Below are positions 56,706-59,709 of a stretch of 59,709 nt of DNA, in pieces. The stretch spans positions 1-59,709 of IMG/VR virus record IMGVR_UViG_3300024999_000116. The stretch is one strand, 5' to 3'. The first letter of the stretch is position 1, and each line of letters starts with the position of its first letter. This DNA is from a virus (Duplodnaviria > Caudoviricetes). A model generated the notes under the pieces. The model was not told the origin of the DNA and did not search any database. It was given only the letters and a program-made list of their open reading frames with translations. The position numbers and the translations under genes are program-made.

Positions 56706-58178
56706 ATGAAATTCTCCAAAGGTGATAATAAGTTCGGCATGGATACCAAAACGCTAACTATGAGCGCAACGAGTCGGGCAGGCAGTAGAAAAACAACCAC
56801 AAGAGTATTGACGGAGGACGAGATTAACTATGTCCGAGAAAATACCGGAAAAATACCGATACAGGAAATTAGCAAAGAACTGCATATTTGGACAGAGGAT
56901 CTAAAAATGCTCTGTAAAGGTGTAGTGGAGATGAAGAAACGTCCCAACAAGGGCGCACCGAAATATACAGTTCCGAAGTTTACCGGAAAGAGTTCCCATG
57001 TTTCAAAGGGGAATGTCAAGAAAAAACCTGAGCAGATAAAACCGCGAGTTAGTCAAAAAGTGTTTGAGAGGTCAATAGAAGAATGTTTTGTTGACCCGAT
57101 GATGAAGGTGAGTATTGAGACCGGACAAGTCCTGTATGAAAGGGATTGTCTATGACTAGAGGCGACACGGTAAGAGTAGTCAGGATGCCGAAGGGAACCC
57201 GTAAAACTAAGCACAAATTCGCCGTTGGAGATATTGGTGAAGTAAGGAATATGTACGGCAAACGTGCTTATGTGTGGTTTGATGTGAACAGGGGCGCACC
57301 AATTAGCGTTAGAAATTTGGAGGTGACAAGGGGTGAGCAAGAGAACTGCGAAAAATAAGGCTAAGAGGCAGGAAGTAACTGAGTTAAGGCAGGAGATTTC
57401 TGCACTAACTAAAATTGCAAATGATCTCATAAATACTAATTATGGTTTACGCGAAAGACTTATTTATGATGAAAGCAGACTTACCGCTATCGAAGGTGCT
57501 TTAGCTAAAATGGTTAGTGAAAATTTCAGCATGGCGCAGGCTATTAGAGAACTCCAGGATTTAGATGCTGACAGGATTAAGATAATTAACTATCTAGATG
57601 GTAGGATAAATAAACTTGAAAAACCTATCGGATTTTGGACTAAGATATTTGGCAGGAAATGATCTACTGTTTGCGGTATAATTAGACTGAGAAGGGGAGG
57701 AACTATGGGGCGCAAAACTGGCAGGCCAAAGCAGGATCGGCAAACACTTTACGGTGAGTTTAAGAGTGCTGCTGAGAAAAATTTACCTAAGTCGAAGGGG
57801 GAGAAGTAAATGGCAGTTGACGCTAATACGGTATCGGGAATTTTAGATGAAATTGGTAAGAGGTTGAGCGGACCGGCAGAACATACTTATGAAATACTTG
57901 TTAAACAGGCTTATATTTCTGGTTATACAGATTTATTTACAGGGTTAGCATTTTCCGTTCTTGGTTTCGGCATGATTTATGCTACATATAAAATGGTAAA
58001 TAACGGTTTTTTTAAAGAACACGAGGATTTTTCCGTAATGTGTTCCATCGTTGGTGTTTTTGCTGCAATATTATTACCCTTGGCTATAGTATGTTGCTTG
58101 TCTAGTGGAATAAAGGAAATAATTAACCCTGAATATTATGCAATTGTGGATATTATAGAAAAAATATCAGGAAATTAA
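56706..58178 (+). other. Hypothetical ORFs 56706-57155, ~57152-57358, 57333-57662, 57810-58178 (last is a membrane protein)
   Basis: Packed ORFs with RBSs. Confidence 0.45.
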
Positions 58179-58191
58179 GGGGGATAAGTAG

Positions 58192-58767
58192 ATGCACTTA
58201 AAAATATTAGCAATAAAAGGTAGTTGGCGTGACGTTGCCGATGCTGCCAGAACAACTGTAAACATGGGTGCCGGAGAAGGTGAACCGTCTAGTAGTTACA
58301 AGCGCAGATTGTTGCTTTCGGAACATTCACCGATTAGAAAATTAGTTGTTAACTGGAAATGGTTTAATCTCAAATATTGGGTTTCGGTGCATCTAGTACG
58401 TCATAAATTCGGCATTGAGCATTGGGTACGGACGCAGCGCACAGATAGAACCGGAGTTAACCGGGATGAATTGCCACAGGGCGCAGTAGTTGAGCACGAG
58501 GCAGAGGCAAACGCACAGGCGATTATAAATATTAGTCGCAAAAGATTGTGTCTGAGAGCATCATGTGAAACTAGAATGGCATGGTTAGAGTTTCTGTGTG
58601 ACCTGGGATTTAAGGAAGAAGAGTTGATTAGTGTTTGCGTTAAGGATTGTGTTTACCGTGGTTACTGTTATGAAATGGACAGTTGCGGATTTTTTAGAAC
58701 TGAGGCATTTCAGCAGGAACTTGAATTATACCGCAAGGGAATAAATGTGGTGCAGGAGGTTGATTAA
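58192..58767 (+). CDS. ThyX-like FAD-dependent thymidylate synthase family protein
   Basis: EHSPIR..WVSVHLVRH..RKRLC..CVYRG.C.E. Confidence 0.7.
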   Translation: MHLKILAIKGSWRDVADAARTTVNMGAGEGEPSSSYKRRLLLSEHSPIRKLVVNWKWFNLKYWVSVHLVRHKFGIEHWVRTQRTDRTGVNRDELPQGAVVEHEAEANAQAIINISRKRLCLRASCETRMAWLEFLCDLGFKEEELISVCVKDCVYRGYCYEMDSCGFFRTEAFQQELELYRKGINVVQEVD

Positions 58768-59238
58768 TTGAGTTTTATGTTTATGAAAATAGCAGAAGAA
58801 GTAGCAGAAAAATCTGACTGCCTATCAAGAAAAGTCGGGGCGGTATTGGTGAGAGAAGTAATAATGTCCGTTGCCTCAAATACAGTTCCAGAAGGTTTAC
58901 CGAGTTGCAAGCAAGAAGGTCAGTGTTTACGCAGGAAATTAGGTATACCTAGCGGAGAAAGGCTAGAGTTGTGCAGGATTATTCATGCCGAGGTAAGGGC
59001 AATAGTATATGCCTTGTTATGTTCTTGGAATATTAGGGGTGCTACTTTATATGTTACCGATCCACCCTGTAATATGTGCGCTCATTTGATTGTTGCCGTA
59101 GGAATTAAGAAGGTTGTCTACAGGGGTGACTACCCCGGAAATGGACTTGATATATTGCGAAGGGGTGGTGTTGAAGTCGAGCAATATATACGGGATGCCA
59201 TCATCATAGACAATCCAGACGAAGGAGTGCCGGAATGA
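58768..59238 (+). CDS. dCMP deaminase
   Basis: RKVGAVL..IHAE..PCNMC. Confidence 0.88.
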   Translation: MSFMFMKIAEEVAEKSDCLSRKVGAVLVREVIMSVASNTVPEGLPSCKQEGQCLRRKLGIPSGERLELCRIIHAEVRAIVYALLCSWNIRGATLYVTDPPCNMCAHLIVAVGIKKVVYRGDYPGNGLDILRRGGVEVEQYIRDAIIIDNPDEGVPE

Positions 59239-59486
59239 TATTTAACGCATCTAGGTCATTGCCGAAAGTAGGCGAGAAATGGCGTAACTGGAAAACTGGT
59301 GCAGAATATGAGATTATCGGGGTTGGTAGGCACACAGAAACCGGAGAATGGTTAGTAACCTACAGAAACCCAGTAAAGAATCTCCATGACTTACACAATA
59401 GACCGCTTGATATGTTTATGGGAACTAGATGGGTGCCTGATTACGGAGTTTATGTATACTATTTTGAGAAAGTTGAGGAAAATTAA
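59235..59486 (+). CDS. DUF1653-like protein
   Basis: WRNWKTG..YEII..HTETGE.LVTY..RPLDMF. Confidence 0.7.
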   Translation: MIFNASRSLPKVGEKWRNWKTGAEYEIIGVGRHTETGEWLVTYRNPVKNLHDLHNRPLDMFMGTRWVPDYGVYVYYFEKVEEN

Positions 59487-59709
59487 TGTCAATACACGAT
59501 GTACGTAAATTGGGGCGCGAATACTGCCAGACCGAAGGTTCCGCGCACTATGTAAAGATTAGAGAGAATAGCGGCATTGATGCCATAGAAATAGCAATGG
59601 TAAATGGTATGTTCGAGGATTTTGCTATTACTAACATGGTTAAGTATGCCCTGAGATTTAAGCACACGCGCAACATTGAGGACTTAAAGAAAGTTTCCGA
59701 CTACTCGCA
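59486..59709 (+). CDS. DUF3310-like protein (partial, runs off window end)
   Basis: HY..GIDAIE..F...NMVKYALRF....IEDLKK. Confidence 0.6.
   Translation, partial: MSIHDVRKLGREYCQTEGSAHYVKIRENSGIDAIEIAMVNGMFEDFAITNMVKYALRFKHTRNIEDLKKVSDYS

Overview
The whole window reads as most of a temperate phage genome from an endospore-forming Bacillota (Clostridia-like) host. Evidence: GGAGG ribosome-binding sites, sigma-A promoters, a LexA/DinR box and a Spo0E-like gene. Gene order is packaging (TerS, TerL, portal), head (scaffold, decoration, major capsid), podovirus-type tail and ejection genes with no tape measure, an accessory island, lysis, leftward morons with tRNA-Asn, an FtsK/relaxase module, early genes, a CI/Cro switch, recombination (SbcC-like ATPase, RecT, MBL hydrolase), replication (initiator, DnaB) and nucleotide metabolism. 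The standout is an island at 28.3-29.6 kb. It holds a stand-alone Cas7/RAMP-like gene, a translationally coupled HNH nuclease, and two non-coding arrays of strictly phased 5-nt G(G)H-NN units (19 and 17 units). The arrays are separated by a type II hammerhead ribozyme and closed by a terminator. This looks like a VIPR-like RNA-guided system with a gapped code, ribozyme-processed guides and a nuclease partner. Other notable features: TerL fractured by a naturally split intein around a free-standing HNH gene; an intact RHH-regulated TnpB with omega-RNA and no transposase; a tyrosine recombinase beside a possibly swappable virion-fibre cassette; a Tad2-like anti-defence sponge; and several structured RNA or DNA elements. 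All family calls come from motif recognition by eye; no database searches were run.
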